Shown here piece after piece: positions 51,388 to 61,137 of a stretch of 64,000 bases of DNA. Location of the stretch: NCBI GenBank assembly GCA_963703315.1, contig OY969811.1, positions 4,352,001 to 4,416,000 of the forward strand, given 5' to 3'. The translations under genes were made by a program, and so were the position numbers. Source of the stretch: an uncultured cyanobacterium (lineage in GTDB: Bacteria > Cyanobacteriota > Cyanobacteriia > Pseudanabaenales > Pseudanabaenaceae). The notes under the pieces are model-generated. The model did not search any database. It saw only the letters and a list, made by a program, of their open reading frames with translations, and was not told the origin of the DNA. Position 1 is the first letter of the stretch. Each line of letters begins with the position of its first letter.

Positions 51388-51435
51388 CATTTCTTTCTGT
51401 GGCGCACGCGCAGCGTGCGCCACAGGTTAAGGTAC

Positions 51436-52874
51436 TTAAATACTGGACAACCTTGATTTTAAAAGAGATTCTCCTCCAAGTTTGACTGCTTCTTGAACTT
51501 GCATTAAGGGAACATGATGCGATCGCGCCAAATTCGCACAGTCCTCATATTCTGGCTGAATCGTCAAGAATCCATCGCGCCGCGCAATCTTAATTCTCGC
51601 TTTGCCATATTCTGTTTCGACTTCATGGATTTCTCGATGGAGAATTTTGCGCTCTTGCAAGCGATGTCTGATGCCGAGAGTAGTTGTTTCTCGAAAGAGA
51701 ATTTGCTCACAAATGGATTGGCGATCGCAGGGACAAATGACGGTAATTAATGTCCCAGTGCGAGATTTTTTCATGCCGATCGCTTGGGTATAGACATCAA
51801 GCGCCCCATGCTGCAATAGTTCAGTCATTGTGTAGGCGATCGCCTGTGCGGTCATGTCATCAACTTGAGTTTCCAGAATTGCGATTGTTTCCGTAATGGT
51901 TTCAAGATGATGACGGTTCTCAAATTTTGTTAGAAGAGATGTACTCAGACCTAATCTTTTTTTTTATTTTTTATATCTTTCTGCTTACTCTTCCCAATCC
52001 ATAGACGCAAAGCATTCGGGATTTCTAAATCCTGCGAACCTGCCCCTAGTCCTACTTTTTTGATTTTCATTAAGGGAACTTCGCCAAACTTTTCACTGAG
52101 GGTGACAGCGATCGCTGCCCCTGTGGGTGTGACTAGCTCCTTCCTAATGCCATTGTCACAGGTAGTTACCCCATGTAGTTCCCATAGTTTGAGCGTAGCA
52201 GGTGCGGGAACAGGCATCTTGCCATGATCACAATTGACATAGCCACCACCCGCAGGCAAAGCCGAACAGTAGATTTTCTCGACTTCTAGCCATGCAAATC
52301 CTGCACAGGTACAGACAATATCGATGATCGCATCGATCGCCCCCACTTCATGGAAATGCACTGCTTCTGGTGCAATGCCATGCACGGCTCCTTCGGCGAT
52401 CGCTAGTTCTTTAAATATAGCTAAACTCCACTTTTCAATCTGAGATGGTAATTTGGCAGTACAAATAATTTCCTCAATATCAGGTAAGTGGCGATGGACT
52501 GAATGGGAATGCTCTTGATGGCTATGGTTTGGAAGAGAAGATGATTTATGCTCATGGGAATGCTCTGCATGATTATGTCCGCTATGACTATGGGAATGAC
52601 CTTGATGCTCATGGAAATCTTTAGCAGCAAAATCTTTGGCGGCAACAGTGGGTGGCTCATCGCCTTTATAGTTGATTAATTCCACGTGCATTTTTGTCGC
52701 AGCAATCCCACCCCGATGCACTGATTCTGTCCATAATTTGACTTCGTGATCTAGTCCTAATTTCTGAACGATATTTTGTAAATAGTCCAAAGGAACGCCT
52801 ACATCTATCAGCGCACCTAAACACATATCACCCGCAATTCCTGTCGGACAGTCTAAATATGCAATGTTTGCCAT
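51436..52874 (-). CDS. larC: Nickel-pincer cofactor biosynthesis protein LarC (DUF111), split into two frames at an A9 run
   Basis: Part 1 (52874-51951): YLDCPTGIAGDMCLGAL, His-rich insert, HFHEVGAIDAIIDIV, ELVTPTGAA. Part 2, -1 frame: LETQVDDM, MKKSRTG, ETTTLGIR, PEYEDC. Confidence 0.9.
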
Positions 52875-53060
52875 AGCTGATGGTTGCAGAATTTTTCAAA
52901 TGAATTGTTTCTGAATCCTAACATTGATAGCTGTCGCCATTCTTCACAAACGCCAAAGAAAGTAGCGCCGCTACTTTCTTTGGTAAACCCAAAACCAGAG
53001 ATTGTGCCGCCCGCTACGCGGGCGGCACAATCTCTGGTTTTGGGTTTTAACTATGCTGAG

Positions 53061-53996
53061 CTACTTAATAGCCGTTTTAGCATTGCGCTGCCAGCGATCG
53101 CGTTTAATTCTTCTTAAGGCTGAACCCGTAAAATGCTGATCCCATTCTTGATCGGTCATATTTACTAAATCTGTTAACTGGGGATCAAGATTATGGGGAA
53201 AGGCTTGGAAATCAGATTCTGAGGTTTCCTGAGCAAAGCGCTGATTCCACGGACAAACATCTTGGCAAATATCACAGCCCGCCACCCAATTGTTTAAATT
53301 ATTGGCGATCGCTTCAGGAAGTTCATCTGCCTTATTTTCTATCGTATGAAAAGCAATACATCGATTGGCATCAACCACAAAAGGCTGAGCGATCGCTCCC
53401 GTTGGACAGGCATCAATGCATCTCGTACAAGTCCCACAATGATCGGTATGGGGGCGATCGGGTTCCAGTTCCAGATTAGTTAAAACTTCTCCTAAAAATA
53501 ACCAAGAGCCATAGTCACGGCTAATCACATTGCTATGCTTGCCAATCCAACCGATCCCCGCCCTCTGAGCAAAGGCTTTTTCGGCGATCGGTCCCGTATC
53601 CACGTAATAACGAGTTTGAATATCTTCCCCTTGAGCATTTAACCAAGTTGCCAAAGCCTTGAGTTTCTTGGTTAAAACCTTGTGATAGTCACGTCCCCAA
53701 CCATAGCGCGAAATTTTACCAACTTGGCGATCGCCTGAATGCTGGTGCGGTGTGTAATAGTTCAGCGCCACGCAAATTACCGACTGCACTCCCGCCATGA
53801 CCTGCGTAATATCTTGCCGTTTAGGATTTGTCATCCAATCCATATCTGCTTGATAGCCCAGTTCTAGCCATTGCTGCAAATGCTCAGCCTCAATCCCAGA
53901 TTCCGCTTTGGCAATCCCCACTTTACTAAAACCCAAGGCGATCGCCTTTTGTTGAATTGCGACTTTAAGTTCGGTTGGCGATAATTTGTGCATCAT
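53061..53996 (-). CDS. queG: Epoxyqueuosine reductase
   Basis: SRYGWGRDYH, VDTGP, CGTCTRCIDACPT, GCDICQDVCPWN. Confidence 0.95.
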   Translation of the reverse strand: MMHKLSPTELKVAIQQKAIALGFSKVGIAKAESGIEAEHLQQWLELGYQADMDWMTNPKRQDITQVMAGVQSVICVALNYYTPHQHSGDRQVGKISRYGWGRDYHKVLTKKLKALATWLNAQGEDIQTRYYVDTGPIAEKAFAQRAGIGWIGKHSNVISRDYGSWLFLGEVLTNLELEPDRPHTDHCGTCTRCIDACPTGAIAQPFVVDANRCIAFHTIENKADELPEAIANNLNNWVAGCDICQDVCPWNQRFAQETSESDFQAFPHNLDPQLTDLVNMTDQEWDQHFTGSALRRIKRDRWQRNAKTAIK

Positions 53997-54005
53997 CACC
54001 ACACT

Positions 54006-55106
54006 TTAGCCGCCACCAAGCCAGCCAAAAAATCCACCTTTTTTTTCATTTTTAGCTTTAGGATCTGATTTCGTCCCATTAGTGCTACCAGAGCTACTAC
54101 TCACTTGACTAATGTACTGCTTAGCTAGAGGTTCATCAGGATTGAGTTTTAAAGCTTGTTGAAAACTTACTTTTGCCATGCCTGATAATTTTTGATTCAT
54201 ATAGACAAACCCTAACAAAGCATGACATTTGCTATTGTTGCAGTCTAATTGAATGGCACTACGGAGTTCCTTTAAAGCTGATGCCCACAATTGTTGACTG
54301 ATATAGCTTTCAGCTTGACGAATATATTGATTAGCTGAACCATCGGCATTATTTCTAGCAGCTTGACCGTTAGTCCCTGCTTGGCTTGCACCCCTAGCTG
54401 CGCTACCATTAGCCGCACTGGAATTGTTGGTTGTGTTACTGGCGCTACGTGGTGGTGCTTGAGACTCACTCCGCATTTGATAACTATTGCCTGCACTATT
54501 GGGGTAGGCAGAACCTGCTTTATTAACACCTGCATTGCTAATAACCGTATTGCCAGTTTGAATTCTGGTTTCATCGCTATCAGGCTTTGCAGGAACTGAA
54601 TAGCCAGTCGGTGTATGTCTATAACCCTCTTGCAGAAGGATATGTACTAAATTTAATTCACTTAATAAACCAATATGTTCTAAAGCTCGGTCTAGATCTT
54701 CATACTGGATTTTGGCGATTTCATGAATTGTTTGTTCATAGTTAATCGACTGTGCCGAAACTAAATATTTTTTGGCAAGCTCTGACTGGGGCGCAAATTT
54801 TTGATTGCGCTTCATTAAGCGTTTGCCTAGAAGTTTAAGAATTGCCGAATATTCTGTGCGCTCTCGCTCTTGAGACAGCACATTGTAAGCAGGATTAACT
54901 AATTTGGATAGGTATTGCGTAGCTACTTGCTTTTCTGAATGGGTGCGTCCATGAATATCAGGATGCAAGCATTTGGCAATCAATAGATATCGCCTACGCA
55001 CGTGCGAAGCATCGGCTGTAAGTGGTAAGCCTAGTACAGCGTAGTAATCATTGAAGTCATATTGACCGATACCACGATCGATACGAAAAGTTTTTGGATT
55101 TTCCAC
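54006..55106 (-). CDS. J-domain protein with C-terminal TPR
   Basis: DYYAVLGL...LHPD...NPAYNVL; C-terminal TPR (CHALLGFVY...ALKLNP); ends KKGGFFG. Confidence 0.88.
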   Translation of the reverse strand: MENPKTFRIDRGIGQYDFNDYYAVLGLPLTADASHVRRRYLLIAKCLHPDIHGRTHSEKQVATQYLSKLVNPAYNVLSQERERTEYSAILKLLGKRLMKRNQKFAPQSELAKKYLVSAQSINYEQTIHEIAKIQYEDLDRALEHIGLLSELNLVHILLQEGYRHTPTGYSVPAKPDSDETRIQTGNTVISNAGVNKAGSAYPNSAGNSYQMRSESQAPPRSASNTTNNSSAANGSAARGASQAGTNGQAARNNADGSANQYIRQAESYISQQLWASALKELRSAIQLDCNNSKCHALLGFVYMNQKLSGMAKVSFQQALKLNPDEPLAKQYISQVSSSSGSTNGTKSDPKAKNEKKGGFFGWLGGG

Positions 55107-55152
55107 TATTTATCCTCAGCGTTTCGCTATCCAATCAAAATCTTTAGGGTTG

Positions 55153-55240
55153 TATAGCTGTCACTAAACCAGAAGATGAGTTGCGCCGCAACTCGCTTTT
55201 TGGGTTTTGATTTGTCTTAATGCAAATGGCGACAGCTATA
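55153..55240. mobile_element. MITE-like family D, internally deleted
   Basis: tatagctgtc...aaatggcgacagctata; hairpin centre shortened to gagttgcgccgcaactc. Confidence 0.7.
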
Positions 55241-55487
55241 TAAAGATTTGAAGCTAGATAATTAAAATAATAGCTTACCCATCAATAGTAAGGTTGCGAT
55301 CGCTATAATCACATATTTTCTATAGATAAAATAGCGGAAATTCAGAAATCATCGCTCACGCTAGTCTTAACAAGCAAAAGGCGGCGCTTCGCGCCGCCTT
55401 TTGCTTGTTGGGTTTTGAATAGCTATATTGTCAATCAACTGTAAAGCGATACGATGAATATCAATAAATTTCTACCAAATTCTCTCA

Positions 55488-56399
55488 ATGATTGAAGTCA
55501 TCCAATCCATCCTCCAATCAACCATTGATGGGATTGCTGTTGGCAGCATTATTGCGCTGGCAGCAGTCGGTTTAACGCTTACCTATGGCATTTTACGCCT
55601 TGCTAACTTTGCTCATGGCGATATTCTCACCCTCGGCGCATATCTCGCCTTCCTCGCTAATACGACCTTCAAGCTTGATATTTGGTTATCGATCGCCTTT
55701 GGTAGTGCGATTTCCATAGTCTTGGTTTTGCTTTGCGAAAAAATACTGTGGCAACCCTTACGTGCTAAGCGTGCTACCTCTACGACAATGATGATCGTCT
55801 CCATTGGTTTAGCGCTGGTAATTCGTAATGCGATCATTCTGGTCTGGGGCGCAAAACCACAGAAATATGATTTGCCGACGTTTCCTGCAATTAATATTTT
55901 TGAATTAGCGATTACCCGCAATAAAATCGTGGTAATTGTGGCGGCGATCGCCGTCATTGCAGGACTGTATTATTTACTACAAAATACCAAAATCGGTAAA
56001 GCCATGCGTGCTGTTGCTGATAATCCTGAACTTGCGAAAGTCGCAGGAATTAATGTTAATGCCGTAATTATTTGGACATGGATCATCGCAGGTGGTATGA
56101 CTGCTTTTGGGGGCAGTATGTACGGCTTAATTACCAATTTGCGCCCAAATATGGGTTGGTTCTTGATTTTGCCCATGTTTGCGGCGGTGATTCTGGGTGG
56201 GATTGGTAATCCCTATGGGGCGATCGCGGGGGCGTTGATTGTCGGTATCTCTCAAGAAGTCGCGACCACTTGCCCTGCGGCGTTGGGAGAATTACAAAAA
56301 TATTGTATTGGTACAGAATATAAACTAGGCGTGGGGTTAGTAATTATGATTTTGGTGCTGCTCTTTAAACCGCAAGGCTTATTTAAAGGAACGATATAA
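55488..56399 (+). CDS. natD: Branched-chain/neutral amino acid ABC permease (LivH/NatD)
   Basis: GLTLTYGILRLANFAHGD, TKIGKAMRAVADN, AVILGGIGNPYGA. Confidence 0.85.
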   Translation: MIEVIQSILQSTIDGIAVGSIIALAAVGLTLTYGILRLANFAHGDILTLGAYLAFLANTTFKLDIWLSIAFGSAISIVLVLLCEKILWQPLRAKRATSTTMMIVSIGLALVIRNAIILVWGAKPQKYDLPTFPAINIFELAITRNKIVVIVAAIAVIAGLYYLLQNTKIGKAMRAVADNPELAKVAGINVNAVIIWTWIIAGGMTAFGGSMYGLITNLRPNMGWFLILPMFAAVILGGIGNPYGAIAGALIVGISQEVATTCPAALGELQKYCIGTEYKLGVGLVIMILVLLFKPQGLFKGTI

Positions 56400-56401
56400 A
56401 C

Positions 56402-57709
56402 ATGACTCAATCTACTCGTAACCAACTGATTGAAATTTTTCGTAAAGCTGCAAATAATCTGGAGCTTTTTCCCTTAGATAATCCATCTACATTGGAGCGA
56501 TTTGCGATTGATTATGATCTAGATACTTTAGAAGAGCTAGCAGCACTGGTCGAAGATAGTCCTAGCCAGTCGAGCAAAATAATTTTTAGTGGTCACACTG
56601 GTTGCGGAAAGTCTACTTTACTGGCGGCGCTAGCTCAGAAATTACACGATCGCTTTTTTGTGGTGCGGTTTTCGATCGCCAATACGATCGAGAATGCAGA
56701 TGTGAATCACGTTACGATTTTGTTTGCGATCGCCTTAAAAATCATGGATGAGTCAGAAATCCAAGGTGTGAAGATTTCACCGAAAATCAAAGAAAGTATC
56801 CTAAACTGGTTTGCCAAAAAGACAAAAACTGAGGAAGTTAAGTTGGCAGGTCAAGCTAATGTCGCTACAGATTTTTTGAAGTTAGTTGGATTAAAGCTTC
56901 AAGTTGATGCAGTGATTCGGCAGGAAATTAAACAAGAATTTGAGAGAAAGGTATCGGAATTAGTTGCGAAGTTAAATGAGATTGCGGCGATCGCTAATGG
57001 GGCAAGTGGTAAAAATATTCTGGTAATTATTGATGATATCGATAAGCTAGAGATACCAGTAATTCGCGATGTTTTTATCAATAATATCAAGGCGCTATTT
57101 CTGCCTAATTTGCAAATTATTTACACATTGCCGATCTCGGCTTTGCATGACAAAGATATCGTGCCTGTACTAGAGACAGAAACAAGCGATCGCATTGTAC
57201 CGATGCGGGTTTTGAAGCTATATAAAAAAGGTGAGAGTCGCCATCCCGATCCTACTCCTGTTGCGGAAGTTGTTGCTACACTTGAGAAGTTATTAGTAAA
57301 GCGAATTGATTTAGAACTATTTGAGCCAGATGCATTACAGAAAGTGATTGCCTATAGTGGCGGTGTGCTGCGAGAGGTGATTCGGATTGTGCAACAGTCC
57401 TGTCGGATTTGTTTGCGTCAGTTGCGATCGCTACCTGAAGATGCGGATGTGAGCAGTTTGAAGATTTCGCTGGTAGTGGTTGAAGAAGCAGCGAATAATT
57501 TGCGTTTGCAAATGTCGCGTCCTTTAGGAAAGGTAGACTATGAGATTTTAAAAACGGTCTATCAAAACTATGCGCCTGATGATCCCCGTGATAGTGAGTT
57601 TTTAGGATTGCTGAAGGGGTTACCAGTTTTGGAATATCGCAATGCGCGGGAATGGCATGATGTGCATCCGTTGTTGTGGCAATTAATTCAAGAGCGATTG
57701 ACACCTTAA
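56402..57709 (+). CDS. P-loop ATPase (AAA/KAP-like)
   Basis: Walker A GHTGCGKST, Walker B VIIDDIDK, YSGGVLRE, LEYRN...VHPL. Confidence 0.85.
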   Translation: MTQSTRNQLIEIFRKAANNLELFPLDNPSTLERFAIDYDLDTLEELAALVEDSPSQSSKIIFSGHTGCGKSTLLAALAQKLHDRFFVVRFSIANTIENADVNHVTILFAIALKIMDESEIQGVKISPKIKESILNWFAKKTKTEEVKLAGQANVATDFLKLVGLKLQVDAVIRQEIKQEFERKVSELVAKLNEIAAIANGASGKNILVIIDDIDKLEIPVIRDVFINNIKALFLPNLQIIYTLPISALHDKDIVPVLETETSDRIVPMRVLKLYKKGESRHPDPTPVAEVVATLEKLLVKRIDLELFEPDALQKVIAYSGGVLREVIRIVQQSCRICLRQLRSLPEDADVSSLKISLVVVEEAANNLRLQMSRPLGKVDYEILKTVYQNYAPDDPRDSEFLGLLKGLPVLEYRNAREWHDVHPLLWQLIQERLTP

Positions 57710-57724
57710 AAATATGGCAGAGCG

Positions 57725-59410
57725 ATGGAACAGAATGAAGTTAATTTTCTAGATTTGCTTGTTGCGATTGAGACGAGTAATCAGCATTTGAGTTTATTAC
57801 TTGCTGTATGCGATCGCGATCGCTTGCGAAGTTCTTTAACTGAGCGCTATGAGCAGGAGTTAGCCTCAGAGGGGATCAAAGCCTATCGGGTGATGATTGA
57901 TCGCCAAGAACCAAGTTTATTTGCGGCGATTAATCAACTAGTTGAAGCAGAACCCTATTTACAGGCTGGGAATCCTGCGGTGATAACAGTGGAGGGGGTA
58001 GTGAGTTTGTCGATTTTTGCTTCAGAGGGTGAGCGATCGCCTGTTGATAAGTTTTTGGGATATTTGCAATGGACTAGGGAGGGAATGCGTCAGTTTGCGT
58101 TTCCAATTGTGATTTGGGTAACGGAACATATTCATAATGAAATTTCGCGTAAAGCCCAAGATTTCTACAGTTGGCGACAGGGTGTATTTTTCTTTGAGTC
58201 AATCCAAGAGGAGCCGATTGTACCGATTGATGTTGAGCCAATTCGTCTACCAGATCCTGAGTCTGATGATTTGGATCTGCCGATTGATGAGTTGTTGTTT
58301 TATATTGCTCAACGAGAGGCGGCTGGTCAAGAGGATGCGAGTTTGGCTACGTTTTACACGTTATTAGCAAAAGCCTACGAACGGGATAATCAAATTAATC
58401 AGGCGATTTCTACATGGCAAAAAGCGATCGATCTCCAAGAAAAGCTAAATCTCTCTCTAGAACTAATAGCTAGCCTCAATAGTTTAGGTATTTTATATTT
58501 TCAGCAAGGGAGATATGCAATAGCAGAGCCAATATTTGAGAAAGGACTACAATTAACGCGAGAGATGTTAGGTGATCACCATCCCAATGTCGCCACCAGT
58601 CTCAACAATCTCGCAGAGCTGTATCGCTCGCAAGGACGATATGAGGAAGCGGAACCGCTCTATCTAGAGGCGATGCAGTTGAGGCGAGAACTGTTAGGCG
58701 ATCGCCATCCCGATGTCGCCACCAGTCTCAATAACCTCGCAGGGCTATACGATTCGCAAGGACGATATGAGGAAGCGGAACCGCTCTATCTAGAGGCGAT
58801 GCAGTTGAGGCGAGAACTGTTAGGTGATCGCCATCCCGATGTCGCCACCAGTCTCAATAACCTCGCAGGGCTATACGATTCGCAAGGACGATATGAGGAA
58901 GCGGAACCGCTCTATCTAGAGGCGATGCAGTTGAGGCGAGAACTGTTAGGTGATCGCCATCCCGATGTCGCCACCAGTCTCAACAACCTCGCAGCGCTGT
59001 ACGATTCTCAAGGACGATATGAGGAAGCGGAACCGCTATATCTAAAGGCAATTCAGTTGAGGCGAGAACTGTTAGGCAATCGCCATCCCTCTGTCGCCAC
59101 CAGTCTCAACAACCTCGCATTGCTGTACGATTCTCAAGGACGATATAAGGAAGCGGGACTGCTCTATCTAGAGGCAATTCAGTTGAGGCGAGAACTGTTA
59201 GGCAATCGCCATCCCTCTGTCGCTGGCAGTTTGTTTAATCTGGCAGTGCTTTACTACAAAACCCAGCATTATCGCGAAGCCCTGCAATCAATTCAACCTG
59301 CTATCCAAATATATCAGCAAACCCTTGGCACTGACCACCCTACAACCAAGGCAGCCCTTAGTTGGTTACAGCCAATTATTGTCCAACAAAACGAAGGAGA
59401 ACATCCATGA
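57725..59410 (+). CDS. TPR protein (kinesin-light-chain-type repeats) with N-terminal degenerate ATPase-like domain
   Basis: 42-aa repeats HPDVATSLNNLAxLYxSQGRYEEAEPLY; N-terminal LQWTREGMRQFAFPIVIW...AQDFYSWR. Confidence 0.9.
   Translation: MEQNEVNFLDLLVAIETSNQHLSLLLAVCDRDRLRSSLTERYEQELASEGIKAYRVMIDRQEPSLFAAINQLVEAEPYLQAGNPAVITVEGVVSLSIFASEGERSPVDKFLGYLQWTREGMRQFAFPIVIWVTEHIHNEISRKAQDFYSWRQGVFFFESIQEEPIVPIDVEPIRLPDPESDDLDLPIDELLFYIAQREAAGQEDASLATFYTLLAKAYERDNQINQAISTWQKAIDLQEKLNLSLELIASLNSLGILYFQQGRYAIAEPIFEKGLQLTREMLGDHHPNVATSLNNLAELYRSQGRYEEAEPLYLEAMQLRRELLGDRHPDVATSLNNLAGLYDSQGRYEEAEPLYLEAMQLRRELLGDRHPDVATSLNNLAGLYDSQGRYEEAEPLYLEAMQLRRELLGDRHPDVATSLNNLAALYDSQGRYEEAEPLYLKAIQLRRELLGNRHPSVATSLNNLALLYDSQGRYKEAGLLYLEAIQLRRELLGNRHPSVAGSLFNLAVLYYKTQHYREALQSIQPAIQIYQQTLGTDHPTTKAALSWLQPIIVQQNEGEHP
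58560..59225 (+). repeat. 126-bp near-identical tandem TPR-coding repeats (about 5 units)
   Basis: gtcgccaccagtctcaa(c/t)aa recurs every 126 bp. Confidence 0.9.
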
Positions 59411-59613
59411 ATCGTAACTACAGCATTTCTATCCAATGGTCAGAAGAAGATAGCAAATTTATCGCTCACCTACCTGAATTTGGTCCCTACGCCCATACTC
59501 ATGGCGACACCTACGCTAACGCACTAGAAAATGCTTTAGAAGTTTTGGAATTACTAATCGAAGATTACAATGCTCGTCACAAACCATTACCAACTTCATT
59601 ACTGCTTAATTAA
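59407..59613 (+). CDS. hicB: HicB-family antitoxin (orphan)
   Basis: YSISIQWSEEDSKFIAHLPEF...THGDTYANALENALEVL; ATGA overlap with the TPR gene stop. Confidence 0.85.
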   Translation: MNRNYSISIQWSEEDSKFIAHLPEFGPYAHTHGDTYANALENALEVLELLIEDYNARHKPLPTSLLLN

Positions 59614-59655
59614 GAGTAGACGATCCTTCTGAACGCCAAAAGCTTCAACAATAAT

Positions 59656-60501
59656 TCATGAATTGTTCCTACTATATCTCGAATAGGTTGAGCTAGTTGA
59701 TGGAACTGAGGGAGATTGGAAGATATGGCGATTTTGGATGAGTACAAAAGTAGCAACTGCTAATAAGAAATAGCCAAAACCTTTTTGCAACTGCTTTGCA
59801 GATACAAATTGCGCTAGATAAGAACCAATTACTGAGCCAATCCCTGCGGCAAAAGTAAAGGAAATAGTTAAAGCCCAATCAATATCTAGTTTTCCCAGAT
59901 ATCCTAATAAACCAGCGATCGCATTGAGCGCAATAATCAAAAGGGAAGTGCCGATCGCCTGACGCATGGGAATTTTACCGAGTAAGACCAACGCAGGCAC
60001 GATCGCAAAACCACCACCAACACCCACCAAACCTGTTAACACACCAACCGCGAGTCCTTCGGTCATTAACCATAGCCAACAGTACTGACAAAAGGGTGGT
60101 AGATAACCTTCCATTTCCGATGGCTCGACTGTTTGACGTGAAGAATGGTAGATCATAAACGCTGCGGCCATTAGCATCATTAAGCCAAATAGCAACATTT
60201 GCACCGCCCCCGTCACAAATGGCAATGTCGCAATCCGCGCACCGATGAAAGAGCCTAACATCGTTGCTGAACCAAAAACCAAGGTGGTTTTGAGATTGAC
60301 ATAGCCCTTGCGCCACTGAGGGATGACACCTAATAAACTGACAGTGCCTACGATGACTAAAGTCATGGCGATCGCGGGTTTAGGCGCAACTCCCATCACA
60401 TACACCAAGATCGGCAAGGCTAAAACTGAGCCGCCACCACCCAATAAACCTAAGCTGATACCAATGCCAACAGCTAATAAATGACCAATCATCCAAATCA
60501 T
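59656..60501 (-). CDS. Sulfite exporter TauE/SafE family
   Basis: GLLGGGGSVLALP, GLVGVGGGFAIVP, AIGTSL. Confidence 0.9.
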   Translation of the reverse strand: MIWMIGHLLAVGIGISLGLLGGGGSVLALPILVYVMGVAPKPAIAMTLVIVGTVSLLGVIPQWRKGYVNLKTTLVFGSATMLGSFIGARIATLPFVTGAVQMLLFGLMMLMAAAFMIYHSSRQTVEPSEMEGYLPPFCQYCWLWLMTEGLAVGVLTGLVGVGGGFAIVPALVLLGKIPMRQAIGTSLLIIALNAIAGLLGYLGKLDIDWALTISFTFAAGIGSVIGSYLAQFVSAKQLQKGFGYFLLAVATFVLIQNRHIFQSPSVPSTSSTYSRYSRNNS

Positions 60502-60503
60502 GG

Positions 60504-61052
60504 CTAGGATTTTCCTTGTTGGTTATAGGGCAATTTTGCAAGTAAGGCTGCCATCGCGCAGGTATTCGATACACCTGCAAATACTAAGCCAGCACCAACA
60601 AATCCACTTAGAAATAGAAAAGTCGGTGAGACAAATGCACCAAGGATCGTACCGATAAAGACAAGGGAACCAGCCACGATTTGCACTTGGCGAAACATAC
60701 TGATTGGTGCGTTCTGATTTGCTTGAATAGAATATCCCGATTGTTTCCAAGCATTGAGTCCACCTTCTAGATGGATGACAGTTTCTACACCTGAGGTTAA
60801 GAGTTTGTTAGCAGCTTGAGCAGAACGGTTGCCAGACTGACAATGGAGTACTAAGTACTTGTCAGAGGCAAAGGGAATTTTATCGATATCAAATTGCGAT
60901 AATGGAACTAGCTTTGCGCCATGAATCTTCTCGGCTGAATGTTCAGAAGGCTCACGCACATCTACGAGAATCACTTGATTTTGATCTAGCCATTGCTTGA
61001 GTGTCTCAGCATCAACTGATTGTAGGCGGTTGTCAGAAATTTGGCTTGCCAT
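60504..61052 (-). CDS. Rhodanese-domain membrane protein (YgaP/DUF2892)
   Basis: DVREPSE, HCQSGNRS, LEGGLNAW, RQVQIVAG, GAGLVFAG...C...LPYN. Confidence 0.9.
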   Translation of the reverse strand: MASQISDNRLQSVDAETLKQWLDQNQVILVDVREPSEHSAEKIHGAKLVPLSQFDIDKIPFASDKYLVLHCQSGNRSAQAANKLLTSGVETVIHLEGGLNAWKQSGYSIQANQNAPISMFRQVQIVAGSLVFIGTILGAFVSPTFLFLSGFVGAGLVFAGVSNTCAMAALLAKLPYNQQGKS

Positions 61053-61137
61053 TGATAATCTTCCTTAAAAAATGAATAGTGATCAAGAAGGTGTGGACGT
61101 TGCGAAGCACCGCCCCCTGTAAATAGAATTGAAAAAT

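Noticed and set aside
55441..55452. NtcA box upstream of natD
   Set aside because: GTA-N6-TAC spacing does not match the GTA-N8-TAC consensus.
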